A stretch of 64,000 nucleotides of DNA from Trypanosoma brucei. Taxonomy: Eukaryota. Shown one piece after another: positions 52,071 to 62,019 of this stretch; position 1 is the first letter of the stretch, and each line of letters opens with the position of its first letter. Position numbers and translations under genes: made by a program. Under the pieces are notes generated by a model. It had not been told where the DNA came from. It saw only the letters and a list, made by a program, of their open reading frames with translations, and did no database searches. The stretch is taken from assembly GCA_000002445.1 (NCBI GenBank), contig CP000066.1, forward strand, positions 1,024,001-1,088,000, written 5' to 3'.

Positions 52071-55000
52071 ATGGAGAGGAGACAGGCGGGCGGGAATTTG
52101 CTGGACTCTATGAATTCTGCATCAGTGCACGTGAACGACCTTCCAGCTGAGTTCCCCCGTTTTCCACCGCAAACAATTAGCACGGGCGTTGCTTCTCAGA
52201 GTCACCGCAAAAAGTCACCGGCTTCGGGACCCCCGATGAACGGGAGTCATTCTTTTTCTCGTCATACAAACACAGGAACTGTACCTGCCATACCGCGCGC
52301 CCCACGGCGGTGCCGACTTACAAACAACGCACCATTCCCGGACCCCGCCTGCGTGGACTGCCAAAGGCATAGCTGCTCAAGACATTCAGGCGGCAGCACG
52401 TTGGCGGGGGGAGTGGAGCTGCAGATTGAAGGGCTTACGCGCTTCGTTTGGCGGTGTATTTACTTTTTATGGTTGGCAGCCCTTGTCGCCGGTATAGTTT
52501 TGCAATCCTTGCCCTCTATTACATGGAGGGTGCTGGACATCTGTGGAAGGGATGCGCCTGATATGTGGAAATATGGGACATGGAATAGCAACTGTGCGAC
52601 CATAGAGCTGGAGGACAGACACACCGATACCTACCGTGTTCAGTGGAATGGGCGACCATATTCTGTGGACTTTGGTGACCCGTTGCTGCGGTTCCGTAGC
52701 CTCGTAATTAACCTGGCCAGTCCTGACGACTGGGAGGTTTTCCATCCTGACGAGCGCAGGTTCACACTGAGGGTTGCGATTCCCTTTATGGAGGAGAACA
52801 GCAACTGGTCTACTGCCCCGTTGCCGATAGTGTGCCGTCGTGGGGACGATCGATGCGTTTACATAAACCTGCCGCCGGGTGCGGTTTTGAATGACACTGG
52901 TGGAGGACGCGTGTCTCTATCTCTTAGCGATGTCCCCGGAAGTATCGCTCGAAATATAAATAACTCAGCGGTTGGTATCCTTTTTCAAGGGCGTGCTTAC
53001 GCCCTTACAGTGTTGATTTGGCGCTACATAGCCCTTACAATAACGGTTTTGCATGCTATACGGTTCGTAGTGAACCTGAAATACAACAACAGCCTCTATG
53101 AACAGTGGTGGGTTTTGGTGCTGCTGTTGGCGTCTGTGTTGTATCTCAACCCCCTCACCGCCCTTGCCATATCTCCAGATCGGCTTCCACTGCCGCTGGA
53201 GTTCCTTGAACTTCACGTACCATGGTGGTTTGTAGCGGTGGTGGTGAGCTATATGTTTTCTGTTATTACTGCGTCCATGCCGCGCGCTGCGAATCCCACG
53301 AAACAGGAAGGCGCTAAAAACCTGGGATGCCTTAGCCGCATGAAGGCCTGCTTCTGCCGCAGCCGCAGCATATATGACCCTCCGTTGTGGACGAAGGTAG
53401 TGGGAGTGCTTTTTATCATTATAGCCATTGGGCTTGACATAGCAGTGGCCTGGCGGTGCTGCTCTGCAACGCTACATGGGAGGGGGTCGGGTAAGAAAAT
53501 CTACATTTACCTTCTCTGTTCTCTTTTCGGCTTTGGGTCGCTGGTCTGTTGTATTATGCTCTACCGTCTACGTCGGAGCATGTCAAAGAAATCATACCTG
53601 GATTCGAGACCTCAGCAACTTGCCTGCCGTGTTTTCATGTTTATGTTCTTTACGGCCATCATTTTCAGTATTACACAATTCGCTCTGTTTTACGTGCTCG
53701 ATTTCAGAATCCCGGGTATGTTGGCGTGGCAACCACTTATACAGCTACCGGCGTTGTTGGTATGGCCAGTTTTGGTCAATGTCATGACTCTAATATACAC
53801 TACCCGTCACCGCCCAGAGACGGTTCCCGTTCATCCGCGAGACACGCGCTGGAAAGAAAGTGTCTGGCCTGACGATTGGTACCGATGGCTTGTTCGCCAT
53901 GGCGGCAGCATGTACATTTTTCATACAGAGAAGGAGGAGGCCTCCTTCAATTGGAAACAACTGGAGTACCGCGTACGGCGGTACCTTGTGAGGTTAAAGA
54001 GAAGGGGTAGTGTGCATAACTTATCTCTCCTTCTGCAGAGCATACCCAATGACTCTTCATCTCCACCGGTTGAGGGGCCGAGTGACCCCTCGATAAATTA
54101 TACCATTATGTGCTCCGTTCACTCCCGTCCCCAGGATATAGAGTTCTGGAAGGGTCTGAGAGAGTCGATTTGTAATCGAGGCGCAGCCGAGATTGTCAAC
54201 ATGGACATGACGTCCACGTGCTTCCTACCGTACGTTGAAGCAGGGAGGGAAAACGATTTGGGGCCCGAGAGACCGTCAGGCGCATCCCAAGTGATGAGAC
54301 AAAATGTTGGCAGGGAAGGAGGTGGGTCCCGAGCTCCGCTGCTAGAAAACGATGGGGGAGCTCTCAACGGTTCCGTGGCGTTGAGGTTGAGCTCCACCAC
54401 CGGGGATGCACCTCCCGGTGACGGGGAGCGTCGTCTGGGGTCTGTGGATGATCATTCAGAGGATAGCGGCGACGATGGAGGGTCAACTAATAACCCAAAG
54501 AGTGTGTGGCAAGCACTCCGTGGTGTAATTTCCGCGTCGGTGAGGGGAGCCGGGAGGAACTTATTCGAACGACCTGCTCATGCGTTTGAGCGTGCCGAAA
54601 CCTATCTTTTGGATGCTGTTCAGCAAAGGATGCACGAACCCCTGTACCTCCCGTTTTTCAATCTTGAGACAGCCATTGACTGCTTCAACATAGCGTTTGA
54701 ATCGTACAATTGGAAGGGACAGTCGCACGCCCGGGCCCAAGAAAGAAAGGTTGGAACCTCGGGCCGCTGCCGCGGCTCTTCAAACTACCGTTCAAATGCT
54801 CGCGAATCCGCTGCTTACCCCCGGGAAACGGACCCAGACGCGTGCAGCACGTCGCAAGGTGATGTTGAGATGCGCAAATTTTGCCCTAGTACAGAACAAC
54901 AGTCTGTGGCAGCCACTCCAGACCATAACGGGACGCCCACTATCGATGTGGAACAATACGGTTATAAGCCAATCGCTGTGTTTGAGGCACTTGATGTAGT

Positions 55001-55769
55001 GGCTGTTTGTGCTGTCATGGACACTGAATTTTTGCACCATCGTGGCAAGGCCCCTCGAATCGTTATCGCATTCCGAGGAACAGCAAATATGAGCAACGTG
55101 AGGGAGGACATCAAGATGCGCCGCCGTGCTTGGGATGAAATGAAGACCGATAGGGACAATGCGTCTCTGAAGTCGAGTTGCTGCTGGGAACCAACGGTCC
55201 ACTCCGGATTTTTGGAGATCTGGGAAGCACACCAAACTTCTATTGAAGAAAAACTTGGCGGGTTCTTAAAGGACAATTCTTCCACTGTTTACCGTGTGTT
55301 TTGCACGGGCCACAGCATGGGGGGTGCTGTGGCTTGTCTTTGTGCCTACAGTGTGCGGCGTATGCTGCGGGAGATAGAATACCCCTTGGATGAGGTAACG
55401 GTTTACACGTTTGGTCAGCCCCCGATGGGGAACGCAGCGTTTCAAACCGCTTACGACAAGGCGATTCCCCGAACGTTTCGTGTTGTAAACGAGAGTGACA
55501 CATTTGCAACGTTCCGGCTTTACGGCACGCAAGTTGGCACCGAAGTGGATATTAACCGCCATGGCAATTACATCTGTAAGCCCACGTATATGGAGCAACG
55601 GTGCCACCCAATGAAGAATAAGGTGTTTGGAATCGAGGGCCATCAGGTGAAGTCTTATGCCCGCTCGCTCAATGCCTTGGCGCTCGACACATCCTGCAAG
55701 ATACGTGCTTCCGGCGATCCAGAGGCGTCATATGTGGCCGAGCCTGGACGCGAGCCGGATGCCATGTAA
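52071..55769 (+). CDS. polytopic membrane protein with C-terminal class-3 lipase domain, paralog 2
   Basis: ATG at 52071. Same architecture as 47344..51192. The N-terminal membrane region is about 35-40% identical; examples are QLACRVFMFMF versus QLACRVFIFVF and WYRWLVRHGGSMYIFH versus WYQWLQFHGGILYIFH. The lipase core is identical and contains GHSMGG. Confidence 0.8.
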   Translation: MERRQAGGNLLDSMNSASVHVNDLPAEFPRFPPQTISTGVASQSHRKKSPASGPPMNGSHSFSRHTNTGTVPAIPRAPRRCRLTNNAPFPDPACVDCQRHSCSRHSGGSTLAGGVELQIEGLTRFVWRCIYFLWLAALVAGIVLQSLPSITWRVLDICGRDAPDMWKYGTWNSNCATIELEDRHTDTYRVQWNGRPYSVDFGDPLLRFRSLVINLASPDDWEVFHPDERRFTLRVAIPFMEENSNWSTAPLPIVCRRGDDRCVYINLPPGAVLNDTGGGRVSLSLSDVPGSIARNINNSAVGILFQGRAYALTVLIWRYIALTITVLHAIRFVVNLKYNNSLYEQWWVLVLLLASVLYLNPLTALAISPDRLPLPLEFLELHVPWWFVAVVVSYMFSVITASMPRAANPTKQEGAKNLGCLSRMKACFCRSRSIYDPPLWTKVVGVLFIIIAIGLDIAVAWRCCSATLHGRGSGKKIYIYLLCSLFGFGSLVCCIMLYRLRRSMSKKSYLDSRPQQLACRVFMFMFFTAIIFSITQFALFYVLDFRIPGMLAWQPLIQLPALLVWPVLVNVMTLIYTTRHRPETVPVHPRDTRWKESVWPDDWYRWLVRHGGSMYIFHTEKEEASFNWKQLEYRVRRYLVRLKRRGSVHNLSLLLQSIPNDSSSPPVEGPSDPSINYTIMCSVHSRPQDIEFWKGLRESICNRGAAEIVNMDMTSTCFLPYVEAGRENDLGPERPSGASQVMRQNVGREGGGSRAPLLENDGGALNGSVALRLSSTTGDAPPGDGERRLGSVDDHSEDSGDDGGSTNNPKSVWQALRGVISASVRGAGRNLFERPAHAFERAETYLLDAVQQRMHEPLYLPFFNLETAIDCFNIAFESYNWKGQSHARAQERKVGTSGRCRGSSNYRSNARESAAYPRETDPDACSTSQGDVEMRKFCPSTEQQSVAATPDHNGTPTIDVEQYGYKPIAVFEALDVVAVCAVMDTEFLHHRGKAPRIVIAFRGTANMSNVREDIKMRRRAWDEMKTDRDNASLKSSCCWEPTVHSGFLEIWEAHQTSIEEKLGGFLKDNSSTVYRVFCTGHSMGGAVACLCAYSVRRMLREIEYPLDEVTVYTFGQPPMGNAAFQTAYDKAIPRTFRVVNESDTFATFRLYGTQVGTEVDINRHGNYICKPTYMEQRCHPMKNKVFGIEGHQVKSYARSLNALALDTSCKIRASGDPEASYVAEPGREPDAM

Positions 55770-56872
55770 GTTGTTCCTGGCCTTTGGGTTGCGAATGCAT
55801 TCGCCGTGCGGATGAAAGAAGAGGAAGCGTGGGATAAAAGTGTGCGGCTGTGGGGTATATTTGGGGAGTTCAGGGTGTTGTGAAGCATTTGGGATGGGGA
55901 AAGTGACATCGAAACGGCGCTAATACTTGCTTGCTCGAAGTTGTGTGTTCCCTTCTCACTTAGCTTTACCTCAGATTAGTGACTTCCACATCCCCAGCTG
56001 CTGTGAGGGTGGTTGCACATCCGTAATTCTTCTCCACAATTGCTGAGGATCTTTTGCCTTTTGTTTTTGAGTTGCTTTTTCTTGCCGTTGTTACGTCACT
56101 AATCATTTTGTATGGAAGGTAGTGGGAGCGAAGAGAGCCAAGTGATATATTTACCGCTCCATCCTTCGTTTGTTTAATTTTTTTCGGTTTGTCTTGCTCA
56201 CCATCTTGGGTGTTGGGGCTGCTCGGGATGCTGCGGTGTGGTTGTGTGGCTGGGGCATGGTGTCTCGCGGCTTGCCTCCATTATTGTTTATGTTTATTTG
56301 GCGGTGACGATGCCTGGTCATGCGTGCGTTTTTTCCCCCTTTTGTACGTCTTCACCAAAGTTGTACCGCTTCTCTTTTTTTTCCATTTCGCTGAGGGGGC
56401 TTCTCTTTCATTGGGTGGTAAACCCCATTCGCGCATGTGTGGTTCCCACCGTCGTAACCTCTTTCTTGCTTTATTTTTTTTAAGTTTACTGCAAATGGTC
56501 AAACGCACACGTTGACGTACCGTATTTCATACTGGAAAGGGCTTTCATGGCTTCCTCTTTCATTATTTTATCATCTGTATCTTGAAGATACCCATGCACA
56601 ACTGACATTGTGGTTAAATCACCCATGCCTGAGAATAGTGGCTTGTACCAACTTCATCTGTTCCTTATTTTTCTTCCTTTCCAAACACCGTCCCCAATTC
56701 AGAGAAGGAGAAGCATTTTTTATATTTCTTTTAAAGGAGGGAGCAAAAGGGAGTGCGAGTAAGGGGAAAGTTGACATAGTGGGAAAGTAAATAAATAAAT
56801 AGGGAAAAGGGAAGCAGAGGAGGAGCAAAAAGTGTATTTTGAAGGAGAGAGCGAAACCAGAATACGGCGCTG

Positions 56873-57286
56873 ATGAGCAACCGGGAGCCAATGTCGCCAT
56901 TACCCACGCAACCAACTTCTGTCCCCAGTGTGGCCTCATTGAAGGCAGTTCTCACGCCGCAGGTGGTGCTGCAGACGGCACAGGCCTCACTGGAGCTTCC
57001 CAAGGCAGATGAGATGTGGTCTAATTGGTACAAGGAGTCCGAGGACCGGTTTCTCGACTTTATTTCCTTCGATGCAACGGAGGGTGGTGGTAACGGAGGT
57101 GTTGTCCGCTCTGGAAGCTCACATCGGACGTTGAGTGCACGGCGCATTAGTGGACAATTTGAAGAAGAGGTGATGAAATCATGGGAAGAGGACTGGGAAG
57201 ATGAGGATGTGGAGGATACATTTGATGCCGTCATGGGGCGGATTGGGCGCTATGAGGCTTCAAGGGCCGCTTCGTCACAGAAGTAG
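56873..57286 (+). CDS. small acidic hypothetical protein, 137 aa
   Basis: ATG at 56873; a pyrimidine tract then AG lies upstream at ~56640-56700. The C-terminus is very acidic (SWEEDWEDEDVEDTFD). No family recognised. Confidence 0.35.
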   Translation: MSNREPMSPLPTQPTSVPSVASLKAVLTPQVVLQTAQASLELPKADEMWSNWYKESEDRFLDFISFDATEGGGNGGVVRSGSSHRTLSARRISGQFEEEVMKSWEEDWEDEDVEDTFDAVMGRIGRYEASRAASSQK

Positions 57287-57993
57287 AAGTATGACTTACT
57301 CATCAGCAGCTGTACAAAAGACGTGTATTTGTGTGTGTGTGTTTGTGTGTGTGTGGGAGGCGTGGAAAGGTGTTAAAGCTCTTTTGCTTTAAATTTTATT
57401 GTTTGGTGGGAAGGTGGAGTGGCAGAGTGCAAGCATAAAGCGAGATGGAAGAAAATATGAGTGCATGATGTCGGTAAAAAGTTACTTCATCTTGTTTTCT
57501 GTCTTTATTCTTCTCTTTTTTTCGTTGGCCACCTTCTGTACTATTTACTGGCTTGTGGTGTGTCGAATCACTCTACTGAGGAGCGTGTGGTGCTTCGGTA
57601 TATATATTTGCCTGCTAGTGTGTTTCTTTTTTTTTTTTGTTGGCCTTGTGTGGGGACTTGTGGCGTGTTGAAGAGGTCGTTTTAAATTCCCCCACAGTGG
57701 CGTGCTGGATGTGTTCTCTGTTGGGAGAAGGGGAAATTGAAATCATTTTACCCGTCAAGAGGGCAAATGTGTGGTGTTCCTTTCTTTTTTGTTTTCCGTT
57801 TCTACCGAGGCTGTTTGTTTGTTTCATGCTTCCCTTTCTTCACTTTTGGTTATTCTACGCTTCATTTACGTTCCCCTCCGCTATTCTCTTGATTATGGGT
57901 TAGGTTTTGCACCCCGTAACTGCGCTCAGTAGGAGGAGTTTGACGAGACACACACCTGCACATAAGCGTAAATAGATAAATAATCTTTGTGAA

Positions 57994-58956
57994 ATGTGGG
58001 TGAGGACATTCCTGCGGCTCTGCGGGTGCAAATCACCCAATGCGGCAGCTATAACTTCTGGATCGTCATGGATGACTGCTGCTGCATGGGCCAGTCTTGG
58101 AAGCGAATTTTCCTCTGTGAGTGAGAGCAAATTCCTGCAGCAGGTACCGGATGGATTCCTCACCTCACGGGCAACAACTGACATGATGCCCGCAGAGCAG
58201 CTCCTTCTATCCATGGTGGAGGAAAATGAGGAACGTTACAAGGGCGTGGATGTGAGGGATCCTTCATCTATGGCGGTGTATGAGGGGGAAAGGCCGCGAT
58301 GGATGACACTCGGAGGGCAGGTCCGCGCGGTGTCGGAGTTTGTGTCCGGGCATTTATGCCATCACATTTCATTACCCGCGTGGAAGGAGCTGTTTGACCT
58401 TCAATACGCTGAGATGGACTTGACGTACTGGCTGTATGTGTTGCATGTGCACATGGTTAGTCGCCGCGCCACTAGTGTTCCCATCGAGAAGTTTAACCGC
58501 CGTCGTGAGGTGTTGGAGGAGATTCTTTTGACTATGTTTGACAGTTGGGCTGCGACGTCGGAGGATGTGATGGGACGACCTCCGCTTAACAAAATCCGTT
58601 TCTACATTAAGGACATGTACTATGTTACGGCGGTTAACTTTGAGGAAGCCCTCTTACACGATGGCCCCGGGGCCGATTTGATGCTGTTGGGGTTCTTGAT
58701 GAAGTTCTGTCCGCTGCCGCGTCCCGAAGATGTCCCTCTTTACACCTATTACTCTCTAGTGCATTACATTCGCTTTCATACTGCTTTACTAGATCGGATT
58801 CCCGATGAGTCTATAGCGAAGGGCAACTTCAACTTCCTCTCACCGACTGACCCCCGAATATTTGAGCAGTACAGTGAGGTAACACTTGACCAAGTTATTA
58901 GAAGTTGGACGGTGGAGGCTAGTGAAGAGGAGGTAAAATGCCATGCGGCACCGTGA
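57994..58956 (+). CDS. CBP3/UQCC1-like ubiquinol-cytochrome c reductase assembly chaperone (Ubiq_cyt_C_chap domain), probable mitochondrial protein
   Basis: ATG at 57994. EMDLTYWLYVLHVHMVSRRATSVPIEKFNRRREVLEEILLTMFDSW ... EDVMGR parallels human UQCC1 DTFNSWFLITLLHVWMCLVRMKQEGRSGKYMCRIIVHFMWEDVQQR. FYIKDMYYVTAVNFEEALL parallels HFYAAILGYDEGIL. Confidence 0.55.
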   Translation: MWVRTFLRLCGCKSPNAAAITSGSSWMTAAAWASLGSEFSSVSESKFLQQVPDGFLTSRATTDMMPAEQLLLSMVEENEERYKGVDVRDPSSMAVYEGERPRWMTLGGQVRAVSEFVSGHLCHHISLPAWKELFDLQYAEMDLTYWLYVLHVHMVSRRATSVPIEKFNRRREVLEEILLTMFDSWAATSEDVMGRPPLNKIRFYIKDMYYVTAVNFEEALLHDGPGADLMLLGFLMKFCPLPRPEDVPLYTYYSLVHYIRFHTALLDRIPDESIAKGNFNFLSPTDPRIFEQYSEVTLDQVIRSWTVEASEEEVKCHAAP

Positions 58957-60018
58957 TATGACGAGGGCTGCGGTTGTTGCCTTTGCATGTTGACAAGTGA
59001 GTGAGCCAGTAAGGAGTGTGGTAAAAGCTGTAGGGGTTTGGACGCTGGGAGTCGCAGGTGGTGTAATGTTTTCCATTTTTCCTTTTTTATGTCAGCTCTT
59101 TTGTTTGTTTTGTTTTTGTTCTGTGTGTTGTTGTCGAGCGCCCTCAGTGCACTTTGGTAATGAGGGCTTACGTATAAAAGAAGATTGTCGTTTGGTTCTG
59201 TTTTACATTTTGTGTTTTCCCTATTTTGTTTGGTTGTCATGGAGGGGATGATGAGCGGTGTGTCGACGGAGGTATCGTGAACTCACTCCCGTTAGTGTGG
59301 TATTATTTTCATTATTATTATTATTATTATTTTTCTCCTACACTAAACATTAAAGTTGGTAACGCGATGTATTTTTTTATTTTTTCCACACCAAAGACAT
59401 GTATACATGAATTACATTTATTACTATTATTGTCATTATTATTATTTTCCACCCTTTAACACATGCCCGGGCACCGAGCACTTGGCCCTTGTACGTTGCC
59501 ATCTGGGCCTGCGAGTTGTTCCAGTGCTGTGATTATGAGCAACAACCTCCATCACGTATAAATTCAAATTACATTAATGAGGGAATGGAAAAGGTAAACG
59601 GACTCTGAGCATACACATTACTAACGAGGCACGCGATGTCGTGTTATTTTCCATATCCGGAGAGCTGAGGAAAAGCAAGAAAGAAAGAAAGAAAGGAGAG
59701 GGAGATTGTTTCACACGTTACACCATATCCTCCTCCCCTTTCCGATATTTGTTGGTGGTTGCAGTCGCCGCCGCCGCTCCTCTTCCCCCCTCCACTGGAT
59801 ACGAGTGGCTTATAAGTGAAAGATCGCGATGCCATGTGGGATATCGCATAGCTCCTATCTTGTTCATCAGTGTTTCTCCCTCTTATTCCTCCCTGGTTTC
59901 TCTCTCCTTTTTTTTCTTTTTTAACGATCTAATCCTACGTATGCATCAGAAGTGTTACTGTTGTGTACCTCCGCCAGCGATCTCTTAGTATTTATTTCGC
60001 AGTGCTATCTAAATTATC

Positions 60019-61884
60019 ATGAAGCGCATCCCCGTAAAGGACCTTGCCGTCAACGTTCTGAAGCTCCCTCGATTGCCCATTCCCACACTTGAGGCAACAG
60101 CGGAGCGGTACCGCGCATCCATATGGCCACTGAAGTCCGCCGAGATGGTGAAAAATCACTTGCAGAAGTTTGATACCTTTCTTACTTCCTCCGCTGGGGG
60201 CTTGCAGGCGGCACTTGTGGAGGCAGATACCGCTGCTGCCGCATGTGGCGTATACCCGTATTCGTATATTGAGGCCTTGTGGGAAGACATGTATTTGAGC
60301 AATCGTGAACCCGTATTAGTGAATGTCAACCCCGCCATCACCACCAAGAAACTAAAGAATGCGGGTGATACGCAAGCGGCTGTCGGGGCGGCTGTCGTAC
60401 ACAGCATTGCGCGGTGGGTGTATAACGCCGTGAACAAGGGAGTAGAGGTATTTGACGAAACACGCGATGTGTCCCCGCTACTGCGGCAGTTTGGAGCTTC
60501 GGTCATTCCAGGTGAGAAGAAGGATACGTTTCACACCACACCGATGGAGAAACTTCGTCACATCATTGTGCTTCACGACGGCCACCCGTATGCAGTGCGC
60601 GTGTTTGACGACAAGCAGGTCCCTCTTGACCGTGCGGTGGTCCAAAAGTCAATTGAGTACGTTCTGTCAATCACGCCAGATGCAGACAACACAACACCCG
60701 TGTCAGTTCTTACGGCGGGGAACCGCCAGACTTGGGCAGGCGCTTATGCCGAGTTGGTGAAAACACCGGAGAACGCGGAGAACCTCAAAAAGATTCAAGA
60801 GGGCATTGTGGTTGTTTGCCTCGACACTGAGAGTTGGGGAGGTGACGGCAAATTAGTGGACGGTGCTTCCCTGCACGGCAACAACACGGAGTTTGAGAAC
60901 CGATGGTACGACAAGCATCAAATTATTGTATCTGCAGATGGGCGGGTCGCATTCAACTTCGAGCATTCCGGCAGCGACGGCGTTCAGTGGCTCCGGTGGA
61001 TCAGTGATATTATCAGTGATGTTGAGGGAGGTGATGGAAGTTCTGTTTCCACCTCTGCCACCAGCTTGGATCCTGCGAAGGTTGGCACCTTGGTTCAGCC
61101 CTTGACCTTGACGTTTGGGAAGACATTCGCTGCCCACATTCGCGCGGCACGCGCCGGGGCTCTCGAGCTCATTGCTGGAACGGCGTTGGAAGACGTGACC
61201 ATTCCGTATGGCAAAACTCAGTTGAAGCAGCTTGGTGTGAGCCCCGATGCGTTTGTGCAGATGTGCCTTCAGGTGGCCCACCACAAATGTCGGAATAAAC
61301 TCGCACCAACGTATGAGGCGGCCTCCACCGGTCGTTTCTTTCATGGGCGTACTGAGACGATTCGGTCAGCGACTCGGGAAATGCAGCTCGTGGCGGAGGC
61401 CGTCAACCGTATGACGAAGGCTAATGCCGCATCCGATGAGGAGGGAAGTACAACATATGTGGCGAGTGTTGAGGAGCAGGTGGCACTGCTAAAGGCGGCT
61501 GCAGAGCGTCATGTGAGGTTGGCGAAGGCAGCGGCGAATGGTGAAGGCATCGATCGGCACTTGACAGCTCTGAAGCGGCTGGCAGTTGAGCGCAATGATG
61601 CCGCAGCGCTCGCTTTCTTCAACGACGAAACGTACACTTCGTGCTCCACGTGGAGATTAAGTACAAGTAATTTAACAGCGCCGTGGGTAGAGCGATTCAT
61701 GTTTGGTCCTGTAACCGCTAACGGCTACGGTTTAGGTTACACCATTGATGGAACGGAGGTGCGGCTGACAGTGTCGGCTTTCACCAGAAGCCCATCCACC
61801 GACGCGGGGGATATGAAGCTCGCCGTTTCTGAGGCCGCATCAAATGTTTACGGTTTGCTTAAGGCAGGGACTAAACTAAAATAG
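60019..61884 (+). CDS. carnitine O-acetyltransferase-like (choline/carnitine acyltransferase family), 621 aa, soluble
   Basis: ATG at 60019. The N-terminal hallmark is LPRLPIPTLEATAERY. The catalytic-His block is FNFEHSGSDGVQWLRW. The length matches CrAT, and there is no N-terminal TM as in CPT1. Confidence 0.85.
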   Translation: MKRIPVKDLAVNVLKLPRLPIPTLEATAERYRASIWPLKSAEMVKNHLQKFDTFLTSSAGGLQAALVEADTAAAACGVYPYSYIEALWEDMYLSNREPVLVNVNPAITTKKLKNAGDTQAAVGAAVVHSIARWVYNAVNKGVEVFDETRDVSPLLRQFGASVIPGEKKDTFHTTPMEKLRHIIVLHDGHPYAVRVFDDKQVPLDRAVVQKSIEYVLSITPDADNTTPVSVLTAGNRQTWAGAYAELVKTPENAENLKKIQEGIVVVCLDTESWGGDGKLVDGASLHGNNTEFENRWYDKHQIIVSADGRVAFNFEHSGSDGVQWLRWISDIISDVEGGDGSSVSTSATSLDPAKVGTLVQPLTLTFGKTFAAHIRAARAGALELIAGTALEDVTIPYGKTQLKQLGVSPDAFVQMCLQVAHHKCRNKLAPTYEAASTGRFFHGRTETIRSATREMQLVAEAVNRMTKANAASDEEGSTTYVASVEEQVALLKAAAERHVRLAKAAANGEGIDRHLTALKRLAVERNDAAALAFFNDETYTSCSTWRLSTSNLTAPWVERFMFGPVTANGYGLGYTIDGTEVRLTVSAFTRSPSTDAGDMKLAVSEAASNVYGLLKAGTKLK

Positions 61885-61978
61885 GTGTAGAGTAGCATAT
61901 GGAAGAAATGGATAGTACGGATAGTGGGCTGCTGTAAGTGCGACCGCGGAGAGCACAAGGAGTGAGGCGCTAGTGGCC

Positions 61979-61980
<2 letters not shown>

Positions 61981-62012
<32 letters not shown>
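61981..62012. repeat. (AT)n microsatellite in intergenic spacer
   Basis: catatatatatatatatatatatatatatatgtatatatg read directly from the sequence. Confidence 0.9.
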
Positions 62013-62019
<7 letters not shown>

